A stretch of DNA of 64,000 nt from Utricularia gibba (Eukaryota > Plantae > Magnoliophyta). This document shows, piece after piece, positions 1 through 11,060 of the stretch. The position numbers and the translations under genes are program-made. The stretch covers positions 682,001 to 746,000 of the forward strand of contig CM007991.1 in assembly GCA_002189035.1 (NCBI GenBank), read 5' to 3'. The notes under the pieces were generated by a model that saw only the letters and a list, made by a program, of their open reading frames with translations, did no database searches and had not been told where the DNA came from. Position 1 is the stretch's first letter. Every line of letters starts with the position of its first letter.

Positions 1-174
1 GTTATCTATAATATTTAATAAATTTAATGCCGAGTCCAGTGTGTGACACGGGCTCGGCCCAACAAGGACCGTGACAATTATTTTTAATTAGTTGCGCTAA
101 TCACTGTATTATGATGAGTGTAAAGATACATATCGCCGATTAACCGTACTAGCCCTTTGAGTCCATTCTCTCCC

Positions 175-1955
175 ATGGCGAAATCGTCTTCTGGTTCGCT
201 ACTGGCTTCTTCTCCTTTTCGCATCTTCGTCCCAGAGGCGAAGCTTTGCTTTTTCTCTTCGCACTGGCCATCCTCTTCTCCATCTTCTTGCAGCAAATCT
301 CAGCCACTTCCGCCGCCGACTTCGAGGGATTCGATGCCGACGAAGATGAGGAGTTCCTAGTCCCCGATGCTAAGGAAGATTATTCCTTTTCTTCCTATCG
401 CACCCCGCACCCATCCATATCACTTTCCACTTCTACGCCGGAGTCTGAACGTGGTCCCCCAGACTCCCCCGTCGCCGATCAGGGTTCCGGTTCCACTCCG
501 AATGCCCCGACCACTTCCTCTTCATCGTTTGACTACTGGGACGAGGATGAATTCGAGGGTATTCCGCAGGAATCGAGTGTTCCTTCAGAAGGGAGGGCGG
601 CTACTGAGTCGAAACCGGATTCGGGTTCGGAGGCTGAGAAATTGGACGAAGATTCTGAATCGACCGCTGGAACCCAGTTCAGGATTGGTTCGTATTCCGT
701 TGAGATTGTTTGCGTTTCGTTTTTGATAATGTTTGCGATTAATTATTTCACCGGGAAAAGAGAGAACGAAAACATTGCGTTTGCCTGGGCGAGTAAGTTC
801 GCAGTTAAGGACTCAATTTTCGACAAGAATTTCAGTTTGCTAGGAGTCGGGGAGTCTGATGGTGCACCCCTTTGGTTGAAGGAGGGACAGAACATCTTCA
901 AGTTTTATGCAAGTGGAAGGAGATTTTGCACTGGGCTGCTGGCAACCATGGAGCTCAAAAGTAGGCATGATTTGATCTCCAAGTTGTACAATATGGTGAT
1001 TCCTTGCCAGGATGAGATCACTTTTGAAGTTTACATGAACGATGATGCAATGGATCATGTGATCTTCGCGTTAGCACGGAAGAAATTGGCAAAGACAATG
1101 CAAAAAGAGGTTAAAGATTTGCAGAGGTTTGCGGCGTTAGTGACGCCTCCTAGTGGGAGAAAGTGGGTTGCGGAGGAGCTGCAGGCTGTGGCAGAATCGA
1201 AGGAGGTTGCGGGAGATTTACTCACTGATGCTGTGCTTGATCAGGTTTGATCTAAAATCTCCCTTTTTCTTCCAGCCCTTCATCTAGTTGATATTCACAT
1301 TGTTTGTAGCTGCCGCTTGGCCTTCTAATCCCTCCCTCTCCCTTCCCCAGTGCTTATTTTTTGTCAGTTTGTATGCTAAAATGATGAACTGAAAATTGTG
1401 CTGCTGCATTTTCTGGGCATACATTTAGGTGTTCGGTGATAAATCCTTTGAAAAGTTTGGAAAGGGTTTCATCTCAATGCACTTGTCAGACCAACACGCT
1501 GGTTCTAACAAGAAGATGCTGGTATTCAAATTTGCTCTCCCTGATGTCGACCATATGGCTGACATGACTCGGTTGGTTGCTCTTGTACCATACTACATTG
1601 ATCAAATTGGGCGATACAAACTTAGCTCACATGTAAGCATTGAAAAGTCTGTTGATGTAATGTAGTCCCAAACTGATCAAATGCATAATCTGGTCACTTA
1701 TCTGCTTTTGTATACATACCTCAGGCTCGAACCAAAACAGAGGCAGCCAGATCAAAGGTTGCCCAAGAGGAGTACAAAGAACTTCAAAACAGCCGGCAGG
1801 AAGCCTTGCAGAAGAAGAAGGCTGAGGAAAGGAAGAAAGTGGAGGAGGCTGAAGCTAAGCTAAGCGCCGAAGCCCTTCGTAAGAAGGAAGCAAAAGAGCG
1901 TGCCCGCCAAATGAAGAAGGCCATGCCAAAGCTCAAGATGACCAGAGCTCATTAG
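175..1955 (+). CDS. DUF1682 / CCDC47 (PAT complex subunit)-like ER membrane protein, 3 exons (175-1244, 1429-1632, 1725-1955)
   Basis: Signal peptide, acidic low-complexity region, TM segment (SYSVEIVCVSFLIMFAINYFTGK), FYASGRR motif and Lys/Glu-rich coiled C-terminus ending MTRAH-TAG. GT-AG junctions are in phase. The ORF-track frame has no upstream ATG; ATG175 joins it if one T is restored in the T-run at 245-247. Confidence 0.88.
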
Positions 1956-3148
1956 AGTAACCACTGTGCCACATCCTCAAAGCCCATCCATCCATCCAAC
2001 CATCAGTCCGTGAGTTGCATAACTTTCGTTTTTGTTCACTTGCCTTCCTTGGTGATAGTGTCTTTCAGATGATTCCTATATCGAATTTGTGTCATCCGTA
2101 CCTTGAAGAGCCAGACATAGTTATTTAACCAAGAGACTGTTTGTGCTCTCTGAATGTATTCACAGTTCAAGGATAAAGAGGTAGAACTCTCAGAGAAGCT
2201 AATGAAAAGCATTCATGGATGATACCAGGTGCGTTAGGCTATTGGAGGATTTAAATGACAGGATTTCTGATACTGTGTTTAGTTTCTGGGATCGCTTAAT
2301 ATTGAGGTCAGTAGGGAAAAGAGCAAGTCCTATGTGATCTTCTTCCAAATCCATGTCCTGACTCAACAACTCAAAAACCCTAAATCCATGACATCCACAT
2401 TACCGGTTCTGCCTCAGTTCTTCCATTGTCTCCTGCATTCTCATGTTCAGTCTTTGGTTCTGTCAAACCTGCTCAGTCTGCCCTAGAGATTCCTTCCCCG
2501 TCTCCATTGGGAGCTTTGCAAAAGCACAATGTGATATAAATATTCAAATTTAAAATTATTATTTATATTCATAAATTTTAAAATATTCGTATTTGAAATT
2601 ATCAAATATCACGTAAATAGATTGAACGTCTATATATTTTTTGTAACTATATCTTTTTATAAATTTTATTTTTTATGATATTTTATTTGTAAATTTTTTG
2701 TATAAAATTATTAACTTCTAATATTTTATGTTATTATATTTTAAATGTAGAAGGGGATGAGGGGATTCATCTTACCCCTAGCAGTCATCAACTTCAATAG
2801 TTTTTTTCCATCTTCAATTTTCTTGAAAAAATAAAATAACATAACAAATAATTTAGAAATGTAAAAAGACATTGCTCATAGTAAAAAATGAAATTGTTGC
2901 ACATGGCCTGTGGGACCCACACGCAATTGACAACTAAAAGAAGGTACAATATTAGAAAGACAAGGTCAACTCCTCCATAAATGTTTTTTAAATAATATAA
3001 TAATAAATTGCATATAGATGTGGTGATTATTTTAATTAAGATTACCCCAAGTTTGATAATCAGGTTACATGAAATGTTATTAATAAGGTCATTTAAACAT
3101 TTTTTAGGTCAAAACATGTACATCATATATACAACTTTTTTAGCCTCT

Positions 3149-3161
<13 letters not shown>

Positions 3162-3200
<39 letters not shown>
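3162..3200. repeat. (TA)n microsatellite preceded by (TTA)n
   Basis: Read directly from the sequence. Confidence 0.95.
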
Positions 3201-3203
<3 letters not shown>

Positions 3204-3435
3204 ATAACGCAAAATTACCCACAAGCATCCCCAAAACATATATATTTTTTATGGTGAAAATTAATAATGAAATAATATGAGCATGTCGGCATCTTAGACT
3301 CGAGGGAGGGAGGGAGCGGGAAGATGGCGAGTGACGGTTGACCCCTTTTGACTTTGGGGGCTTACTGGGTAGCAGCATTTATGGCATCTTTCTGCTTCCC
3401 AACGCCTCGTTGGCCTGGTCTTCTTCATGGCATGC

Positions 3436-3443
3436 TATAAGTA
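3436..3443 (+). promoter_or_regulatory. TATA box of the Gly-rich protein gene
   Basis: TATAAGTA about 57 nt upstream of ATG3500. Confidence 0.55.
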
Positions 3444-3499
3444 TCTGAGCTGTGGGCGTAGATTGGTATGCAGAGTGAACTTGGAGGCGCTTTACAGAA

Positions 3500-4680
3500 A
3501 TGGGCTTCTCACGAAAATGGCAATGCTGTCTGCCCATACTCCTGATTGTGGTGTTGAATTTGGGTGCATTTTGCTTTGGAGATGTGTATGATCCAAATGA
3601 CTGGAGAGGTGGTTGGGATTGGGGAGGAAGAAGGCGAGGCTGGGGAGGACCGGGTGGCTATCGTCGTGGATGGGGCGGGCCGGGTGATTACGGTAGGGGA
3701 GGAGGCGGGTATGGACCCGGTGTTGGTCCTAGAGGAGGATTCGGACGCGGTGGCGGATTCGGCGGTGGGGTTGGTGCGGGTGGTCCAGGAGGTGGAATCG
3801 GAGCCGGAGGAGGAGGAGGAAGTGGAGGTGGAGGCCCCGGAGGAGGATTCGGTCAAGGTAGTGGGTTTGGAGCTGGTGTCGGTACCGGTGGCCCAGGTGG
3901 TGGCATCGGTGCCGGAGGCGGTGGTGGTGGCGGAAGTGGAGGTGGAGGCCCTAGAGGTGGATTCGGACAAGGTAGCGGATTTGGAGCCGGTGTCGGTACT
4001 AGCGGCCCCGGAGGTGGAATCGGCGCAGGAGGCGGAGGTGGTGGCGGAAGTGGAGGAGGAGGCCCTGGAGGAGGATTCGGACAAGGGAGCGGATTTGGGG
4101 CTGGTGTCGGTACTAGCGGCCCCGGAGGTGGAATCGGCGCAGGAGGCGGAGGTGGTGGCGGAAGTGGAGGAGGAGGCCCCGGAGGAGGATTCGGAAAAGG
4201 GAGCGGATTTGGGGCTGGTGTCGGTACTAGCGGCCCGGAGGTGGAATCGGCGCAGGAGGCGGAGGTGGTGGCGGAAGTGGAGGAGGAGGCCCCGGAGGAG
4301 GATTCGGACAAGGGAGCGGATTTGGGGCTGGTGTCGGTACTAGCGGCCCCGGAGGTGGAATCGGCGCCGGAGGCGGAGGCGGCGGCGGAAGTGGAGGTGG
4401 AGGATTCGGTCAAGGCAGCGGATTTGGAGCTGGTGTCGGAACCAGCGGCCCCGGAGGTGGAATCGGCGCCGGAGGCGGAGGCGGTGGTGGAAGTGGAGGC
4501 GGGGGTCCTAGAGGAGGAGGATTCGGTCAAGGCAGCGGATTTGGCGCCGGCATCGGGGCGCAGGTTGAGGAGCCACTCCACTCCACTCTGGATGAAGCAA
4601 AAGAGACAATGTCTTTCTTGTCCTCCATACTATACAACAATGCTTTGCAAGTCCCCGAAATCACTAGTGCGTTCATGTGA
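3500..4680 (+). CDS. Secreted glycine-rich cell-wall-type protein (GRP), single exon, with a probable 1-bp assembly deletion at 4234-4236
   Basis: Signal peptide (MGFSRKWQCCLPILLIVVLNLGAFCFG), Trp/Arg/Gly N-terminus, then about 8 Gly-rich repeats. Restoring one C (cggccc to cggcccc, as in the neighbouring repeats) keeps the Gly frame to ...GIGAQVEEPLHSTLDEAKETMSFLSSILYNNALQVPEITSAFM-TGA(4678-4680). Confidence 0.88.
3734..4560 (+). repeat. Coding tandem repeat, about 8 units, core period 114 bp (38 aa: GGFGQGSGFGAGVGTSGPGGGIGAGGGGGGGSGGGGPG)
   Basis: The GGA-TTC anchor recurs at 3959, 4073, 4187 and 4300 (spacings 114, 114, 113). Confidence 0.93.
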
Positions 4681-5244
4681 ATAAAAGACACACATGATTA
4701 ACCAAACATGAATCCATCGCTGGTGATAAAATGAAAAAAAAAGGATGAAATTTAATTTAATTGGTATTTTTATTTTTTATATAATATTTTTTATTCCAAA
4801 ATTAGATGGAATTTGAAAAGATTCCATGATATTGAAAGGAAGTACAGTTATATCATATCCCTACAATTAATAAATACATCCCAATTTATTCCCAAAGGAA
4901 ATGAGTCAATGACTAGTGAGCATTGAGTTGACTATGGATTTGACTTGCTTTGACTTTTAAATGCCACATTCTAAAGTAAAAAATGTGAAGAAAAAAAAAG
5001 GGACCTAATTGACAACTCTTCCCTCTGTGGGCGCCGTTCCTCGCCTTGATATGTGGGCCTGGGCTCATCAAATATGGGCCGGGCTCCAGATTACACCTTT
5101 CAGGCCCATTATGCAACACTTTTAGACCGTTTTGTTCGGCGGCAGTCCAAGTATTTTGCAACTTTCAGGCCCAGGCAATTAAATTGAGTATCCAAGTGGC
5201 ACCAACCAATTGGATGATGAGTAAGTGAAAACCCATGCACGTTT

Positions 5245-5552
5245 AGGTGTGTTTTTGTTTATGTGATTATATGATTTTAAAATTAGACTTATAAATTATA
5301 AGATGTTTAGTTGATAGGTTTAAATAAACCTGGGATTACGTGGGTTTTTTTTAATCTCATCTATGTTATTTAAAACAATATCCCTCCCTTCCTTTACTTA
5401 AAACAAATTAATTCCCTTTTTAATCTGAATAGCTATACACTATTTAAAAAATTAATCCCAATATATTAATTCATTTTAGGGTATTTTCGGGTATTTAAAA
5501 ATGAATATAAATTAAATTCATTTTATCTCATTCACATCAACCAAACACTACT
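5245..5552. mobile_element. Possible degenerate MITE (GTGTTT.../...AAACAC termini)
   Basis: Left end aggtgtgtttttgtttatgtgatt and right end attcacatcaaccaaacact form imperfect inverted repeats around an AT-rich core. No clear target-site duplication. Confidence 0.3.
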
Positions 5553-6064
5553 TTAGGGTATTTCAATTTCTAAAAAATAAAAAGTACTTATTAATTTTTA
5601 ATTTTTTCAAATCGAATTTAATCGTAGTTAATAATGAAAGTGATTCTTAAACACTTCATCAAAAATAGAAGCTATTCCAAATAAATTTATTTTTTCAAAT
5701 CAAATTCTTGATGCTCATACTTAGATTCATTCTTTCATGAGACCTAAAATAGTGTATAAGTGATAGTTTGCATGATGTACAGAGTGATAGATACGTGCAG
5801 TGCAGCTAGTAAAACCTCAACGCTGCTGGAGTCAGGCTGAGGATCGGTTGATTAGCCGAAGATTCGAAGTTCGTGGATCGATATTCTGACATATGATATG
5901 AATATAGTTGTCTTGCTTCTTACACTAAACACACGCAAATGCTAACAAAGGAAGCTAACTAGCATCCAGTACAGCAACCATTTTCACTACTGCGAATCCA
6001 ATCCTGAAAATGTTATTGGTGTGGCAACCAGCAAGGCTGAAGTGGCTTGATCAGATGGAGAAGT

Positions 6065-6410
6065 TCAGGGAAAAGGCCAAGGGAAGGGCAAAAAGGTTTG
6101 AGGAATTTGAGGTTTAGGCAAGATGGGTATAGGGAATTGGAATTGGGGTTGCGGAAGCAAGGGCAATGGAGGTAAGCAAGCGAACCCTACGCATGGCGGC
6201 GGCGGGGAGACGGCGGAGGTGGCGGGGACGGAGGCGGGGTGGTGGAGATGGTACCGGCGGGGGAGGAGACGGAGGGGGAGGTGCGCACCACGGTAATGGA
6301 GGGACACCTGGAGGTAAAGGATCCGTACACCATGCAATGGCACCCGTGACAAGAACCCCCCAAATGGCGAATCGGGCGGCGCACGACTGGATGGTCCAAA
6401 CCTTGTACAT
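6065..6410 (-). CDS. Small secreted Trp/Cys/Pro-rich extensin-like protein, paralog A (frameshifted in this assembly)
   Basis: MYKVWTIQSCAARFAIWGVLVTGAIA|WCTDPLPPGVPPLPWC-(SPn)-CVGFAC-LPPLP...WPFP-TGA. Restoring one base in each of the G-runs 6236-6239 and 6204-6207 gives a continuous Ser-Pro(n) linker; removing one base also restores frame. Homologous to intact paralog B. TATAAAA at 6456-6462. Confidence 0.8.
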
Positions 6411-9159
6411 CTTGTTTCAATGCGGGGCGTACCAGATAGAGGTTGAAAGGACCGGTTTTATACCCACAAAATCACTGCATCACCTCCCCTAGCCCTAGGG
6501 CTGGGCCTGGAAATTCCTCATTCCTCCCTGGTAACAGTACACACAGAGGAGGATCGGCCACTCAGCTCGCAAACTGCCCTTTCCAAATTCCAAGGACACA
6601 ATGCCGGTCAAGACATGCTCTCTTCTACTAAACAACATCCAGCGCTCGATCAATCGGGACCCGCCAGGAAGAAGATGGGAATCGTCGCACCACGTTGATC
6701 AAAAAACCAACTGTTAAATTCAATATAAGATGGGTGGGACAACCACGTGAAAACTAAGCATATATCATATTAAAAAAAATTAGATTCAATTAATTATTAG
6801 TAATCTATAATTTATTTCTATATACTTAATCGTTTTTGTTTTATATTCTGATATGGAACCGTTTGTTCTAATACCAATGACTATAGGTCAAACACGAAGA
6901 TTTTGTTATGGTTTATTAAAAAATTGACCATACTTTATTAAGTGTGTGATAAAAATAAATATCGTATATATAAAAAATTATTCTTAATATATGAAAAAGA
7001 AAAATAGTATGACCAATTTTCCAAATAATTGATTTTGTTAGGGCGTAAACTAGCAAAGTGCACTGCTGATTTTTTCATTAATGATGGGAGAAAAATGGGC
7101 AGTCTTCATAAGCTTACTTCCCAGGGTTCATTCATTCATAGTTATTAAATGAAATGCATTTGGCTACTAAAAAAGGCATTAACACAAGCTGAAAATTGCA
7201 TGACCATGCCCTAGCGTTTGTAGCCATCGCAAAAACTAAGTACGAATTCAAAGGCATTAATTCACACTTTATTGACATTAAATTGTCAATTTTAATTCAT
7301 TTTCGATTAGTCTACCGATTTGCAGTCACTACGTACAATTAAAAATTATTTTATTTTATATAAATAATAATTTAATTTGATGATTAAACGTAAAACCTAT
7401 CCATCATCTAGATTTAATTAATCTTATGATTTTTATTTTAATGGTATTAAATTAATAATAGGAATTTATAATTTTTTTATAGTTTAGCCATTTTTTTCTA
7501 CGAAAGGTGGTGGGTCAAACGTGAAGCAGTTAGATCATGTAGAGATGGCGACGCGGTACGTGTCCAACTACGAATCGCAGTCGACGCGGCTTCACACGGA
7601 TGGGTGACGTGGACTGAATGTGAGGAAAGTTTTCCTTGTCCAAATGTCAACAATAGGCATAAATGAACACGCATTTATCCAACTTCGATCGACTATTCTT
7701 TCCATTGACTACAAAATAATAATAATAATTATTATTAATTGGTGTTTTAAACATTTACCATTTTTATTAACCATATATCATAAACTTATATTACATATCT
7801 TATAACTCATCTGATATAATTTGCATAATTTTTTCACATTTATAATACAACCTACCAAAAGGGGCTTAAGAGTGTGTTTTGATACGAAATTTAAATATAG
7901 TGGAAAATAGAAACATGCTAATGGAATAGTAATATATGGATATAGTTAGATATGTCTTGAGTGATAAAGTGTGAATGAGACGGAAAATATTTTATTTATA
8001 TGAAAAAATTATGATCTCATTATTTATTTATATGTAGTTCTTATTTTTATAAAATTCTACCTCCTCTAATAATATCATACTATAAATTATGAAATTTTAA
8101 ATTATGTTTTTTAATGATATGTTTTATAATTTTGTGTTAATATTTTTTATTTTTCAAAAAGGTATTTGATCTTCATAAATTTTCAAATCACAAAAAATAA
8201 ATATAATTTAAACTTTTTTACAAAATTTTAAAAAATAAATAATATAATATATTTAATTATATCATTAATGAATTCATATATGGATATTTGGATGAGGATC
8301 GGAAAATGGAACATGAAGTCCATATCCTAACCCACATATAAAATTGGATATATCCACACACAAATAAAAAACATTATTGGATATATGTAAAATTTGAGTA
8401 GCATTTATCTTACATAATTTTTTAAAATATTCACTTGTTATGCATTCATATCAAATTAAATCATTAAACATACTATTTTAATGATTATTAGTAACAAATA
8501 AATTATACCTTTTAATAGCTTCAATGATGAACATTCAACTTATTTGAAACATTTGTCCGTACTTCGATTTCAATCCAATGCACGACGTACCATATAATTC
8601 ATATAGCTTTTGTACTTTGAAATTAAATAGAAACTACATCGAACTTAGACTATTTGACTTGAATATTATCCTGAATAGAATGTATCAGGATAAATATTAA
8701 GTTTATACGTAACAAAGAACATTATATTTCTGAATTCGTTGCTCTACAATCTTCTTGTTACGTAAAGGCGAAATTTTTCATACTCTTAACCTAATCTCTT
8801 GATGATATTGCGATGGGTGTTGTCCTTCTGGCTTAAAGAATCAACTCAGATGGAAACTATGAATGATGATGATTTCTGATTGATTACACTGTGGCATCAC
8901 AGACAACACACATGGAATGGAAATGTTACATGCATTACAGAAACAGATGTGATGAAACGAGTGGGGGTGACTCCGAGGATGCCTTCATGCACTGTCACAA
9001 AACCTACTTTATTATCAGTTAGGGCAAGCCCTGAAAGATGAACTGGTACGGTGTAATTTGGGGTGTTCGAAGTCGATTTCGGTAGTGGATGATGGGGTTG
9101 TGGCAATGGTCTGTGGTAAGAGCAGGAGCAGGTCGAGGAAGAAACGGGATTTGGGGAAG

Positions 9160-9519
9160 TTAAGGAAAATGCCATGTCCAAGGAGGCATAGGAAAGGGGG
9201 GCCATGAGGGTACTGGTGGTAATGGAGGCAGAGGAGGTAAAGGAGGCCAGGGTATTGGAGGTAAGCACCAGATCCCAACGCATGGCGGCGGTGGCGTCGG
9301 TGGTGGCGGCGGCGGGGGTGCAGACGTGGGAGATGATGACGGCGCCAGTGGAGACGACGGCGGTGGAGCAGACGGCGGGGGAGGTGTGCACCATGGAAGC
9401 GGAGGAAATCCAGGAGGCACAGGATCAGTGCACCATGCAGCGGAACCCGTCACGAGAACAGCTAAAAGGGCTACATGGAGACAACACTTGACCATCCAAG
9501 TGTTGCTCATTTTGTGCAT
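9160..9519 (-). CDS. Small secreted Trp/Cys/Pro-rich extensin-like protein, paralog B (intact, 119 aa)
   Basis: Intact ORF: signal peptide ...LLAVLVTGSAA|WCTDPVPPGFPPLPWC-Pro/Ser linker-CVGIWC-LPPIPWPPLP...WHFP-TAA. TATAAATA at 9550-9557. A downstream Met (9510 or 9495) may be the true start because the TATA box is only about 31 nt from ATG9519. Confidence 0.87.
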   Translation of the reverse strand: MHKMSNTWMVKCCLHVALLAVLVTGSAAWCTDPVPPGFPPLPWCTPPPPSAPPPSSPLAPSSSPTSAPPPPPPPTPPPPCVGIWCLPPIPWPPLPPLPPLPPVPSWPPFPMPPWTWHFP

Positions 9520-9777
9520 GTGGTGTAAGAAGATGCTATCTTCTTCACCTATTTATACACCCAAATCCCTGTTTTCTTACCCAGGGCTAGCCCTAAAATT
9601 GATGACATAGGTGTCCCAAAACCTTAATTAACCATGTCTTAGAAAAGTGATCGTTATTCCACGTAGTTCCATTGAATTTGTAGTGATAATAATAGAAAAT
9701 AGGCACCCAATCAACTGATCTACGCAAATATTTTATATGTTGAGTGTCACGTCACACCTTGTCATTCGAATAATCCC

Positions 9778-9840
9778 TAGGGTTTTTGGGACGATGACGT
9801 CATTCCCTATTAGGGTTTTGGACCACACCAAAACCCTAAT
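9778..9840. promoter_or_regulatory. Telo-box (AAACCCTA) cluster with a perfect 13-bp inverted repeat and an ATGACGTCAT palindrome, upstream of paralog B
   Basis: attagggttttgg (9809-9821) and ccaaaaccctaat (9828-9840) are exact reverse complements. ATGACGTCAT at 9794-9803. A further tagggttt at 9778-9785. Confidence 0.55.
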
Positions 9841-10015
9841 TTTCCCTACTCTAAGGCCAGTAATTGAAAAAAAAATCTTTGAAAAAAATTTGCAAATATC
9901 TAAAAATGTTTCACTAGATAGGCTAGCCGACACATCGTTGAAACCTTACTTAAAAAATTAATTAACCATTAAATGCATCAAGAAAAAAACTAACCTTTAA
10001 AATTATTCATGTACG

Positions 10016-11060
10016 TTAGTTGGTAGACCACATAGGCATCACAAATGTATGTTGACTATGTAGGCATTTTTTGTCAACAAGGAAGTACGGGTTCATTCTT
10101 TGTGTACTGAAGCATGTTAAACCAGGGTTTGTGATTCCTTTGTGGGTTTGCACTTTTCCAATCTGTTTATGGGATTGTACTGATGAATTCTTGTGGATGG
10201 CAGAGAGATTTGTATAAGAGGGACATGAACTCTTCTGTTTATGGGATTGCACTGGTGCTTGCTTTTATCGCCCAGTCGAACTCGTCTGTGCGGCGAAGTT
10301 TAGACTCAGGGTTTCCATGTGATAGTAATCGTGTTAATGATTCTGCTGCACATGAGTTTATGGAGTTATCGGTGCTTGCTTATATCTTCTTAATTTCTTG
10401 TATACACCATGGTCTGAAGGGGACATTCATGCCTTCTCAGCGAATAGAACGAACCTCTGTTCGCTGTAAGAACGAGCTGCCAACAGTCATTGGGCTCCAA
10501 GAAAGTAAAAACAGACTAGGGAAATGCTGTTTCTCATCCCAGGTCTCTTCCTCCACACCCAGATCGCCCCAGCAAGAAAGAGAAGGGTGGTGAAAAAGAT
10601 GTAGAACCAAAACCCTCATTTTCAGATTTTGTACAGATGGAAGATTCAGGATCAAAACTCTCATCTCTTCCAACACACAAAAGAGGAGAATGAGAAGCAT
10701 TTTGGTCATCCAAAACTGCACTGATGAAAACTGAACCGTTTCACAGACATAGAATCGCGATATTTGACAAATTTTACCACAGTGAAATGCTGTTCCAACA
10801 GCTTCTAAATGCTACTTCAAGTAACTCCAAACATGTGGGTTTCAACACCAATTTTCTGCACGCTTTTCAAAGCTTTGATCGCTTTCTTTCGTCTTCCAAA
10901 TTGATGCAATGGTGACGTCGCATGCACTTATCGGGAAGTGTAGGGGGCCAGACTGACTTCAATGCCATAGCAGCTGCAGGATGAATCGTTCTACCACGCA
11001 ACAAGAGAAACGGTCCTCGCAAAATACAAATTCCACATATTCGAGAATAGGGTTTCTTAT
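10016..11060 (-). pseudogene. Possible decayed coding or transposon relic with degenerate internal repeats
   Basis: Moderate-GC island between AT-rich spacers, with broken minus-strand frames (VQSHKQ twice, VQTHK). Repeated ctgtttatgggattg(t/c)act at about 10165 and 10235, and ggtgcttgctt at about 10254 and 10371. No family recognised. Confidence 0.3.

Noticed and set aside
3008-3378. ORFs containing YIYIYI runs (also 29676-29945, 36988-37203, 13705-13890)
   Set aside because: Translations of (TA)n or AT-rich intergenic DNA starting at non-ATG codons.
3509-4581. Long minus-strand Ser/Thr- and Pro-rich ORFs and the plus-strand Glu/Val-rich ORF over the GRP gene
   Set aside because: Shadows of GGN-rich repeat codons. 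Only the Gly frame has a signal peptide and TATA box, and the acidic 'tail' in the ORF track arises from the 1-bp deletion.
5213-5300. ATGATGA resembling a snoRNA C box
   Set aside because: No D box (CTGA) or terminal stem at an appropriate distance.
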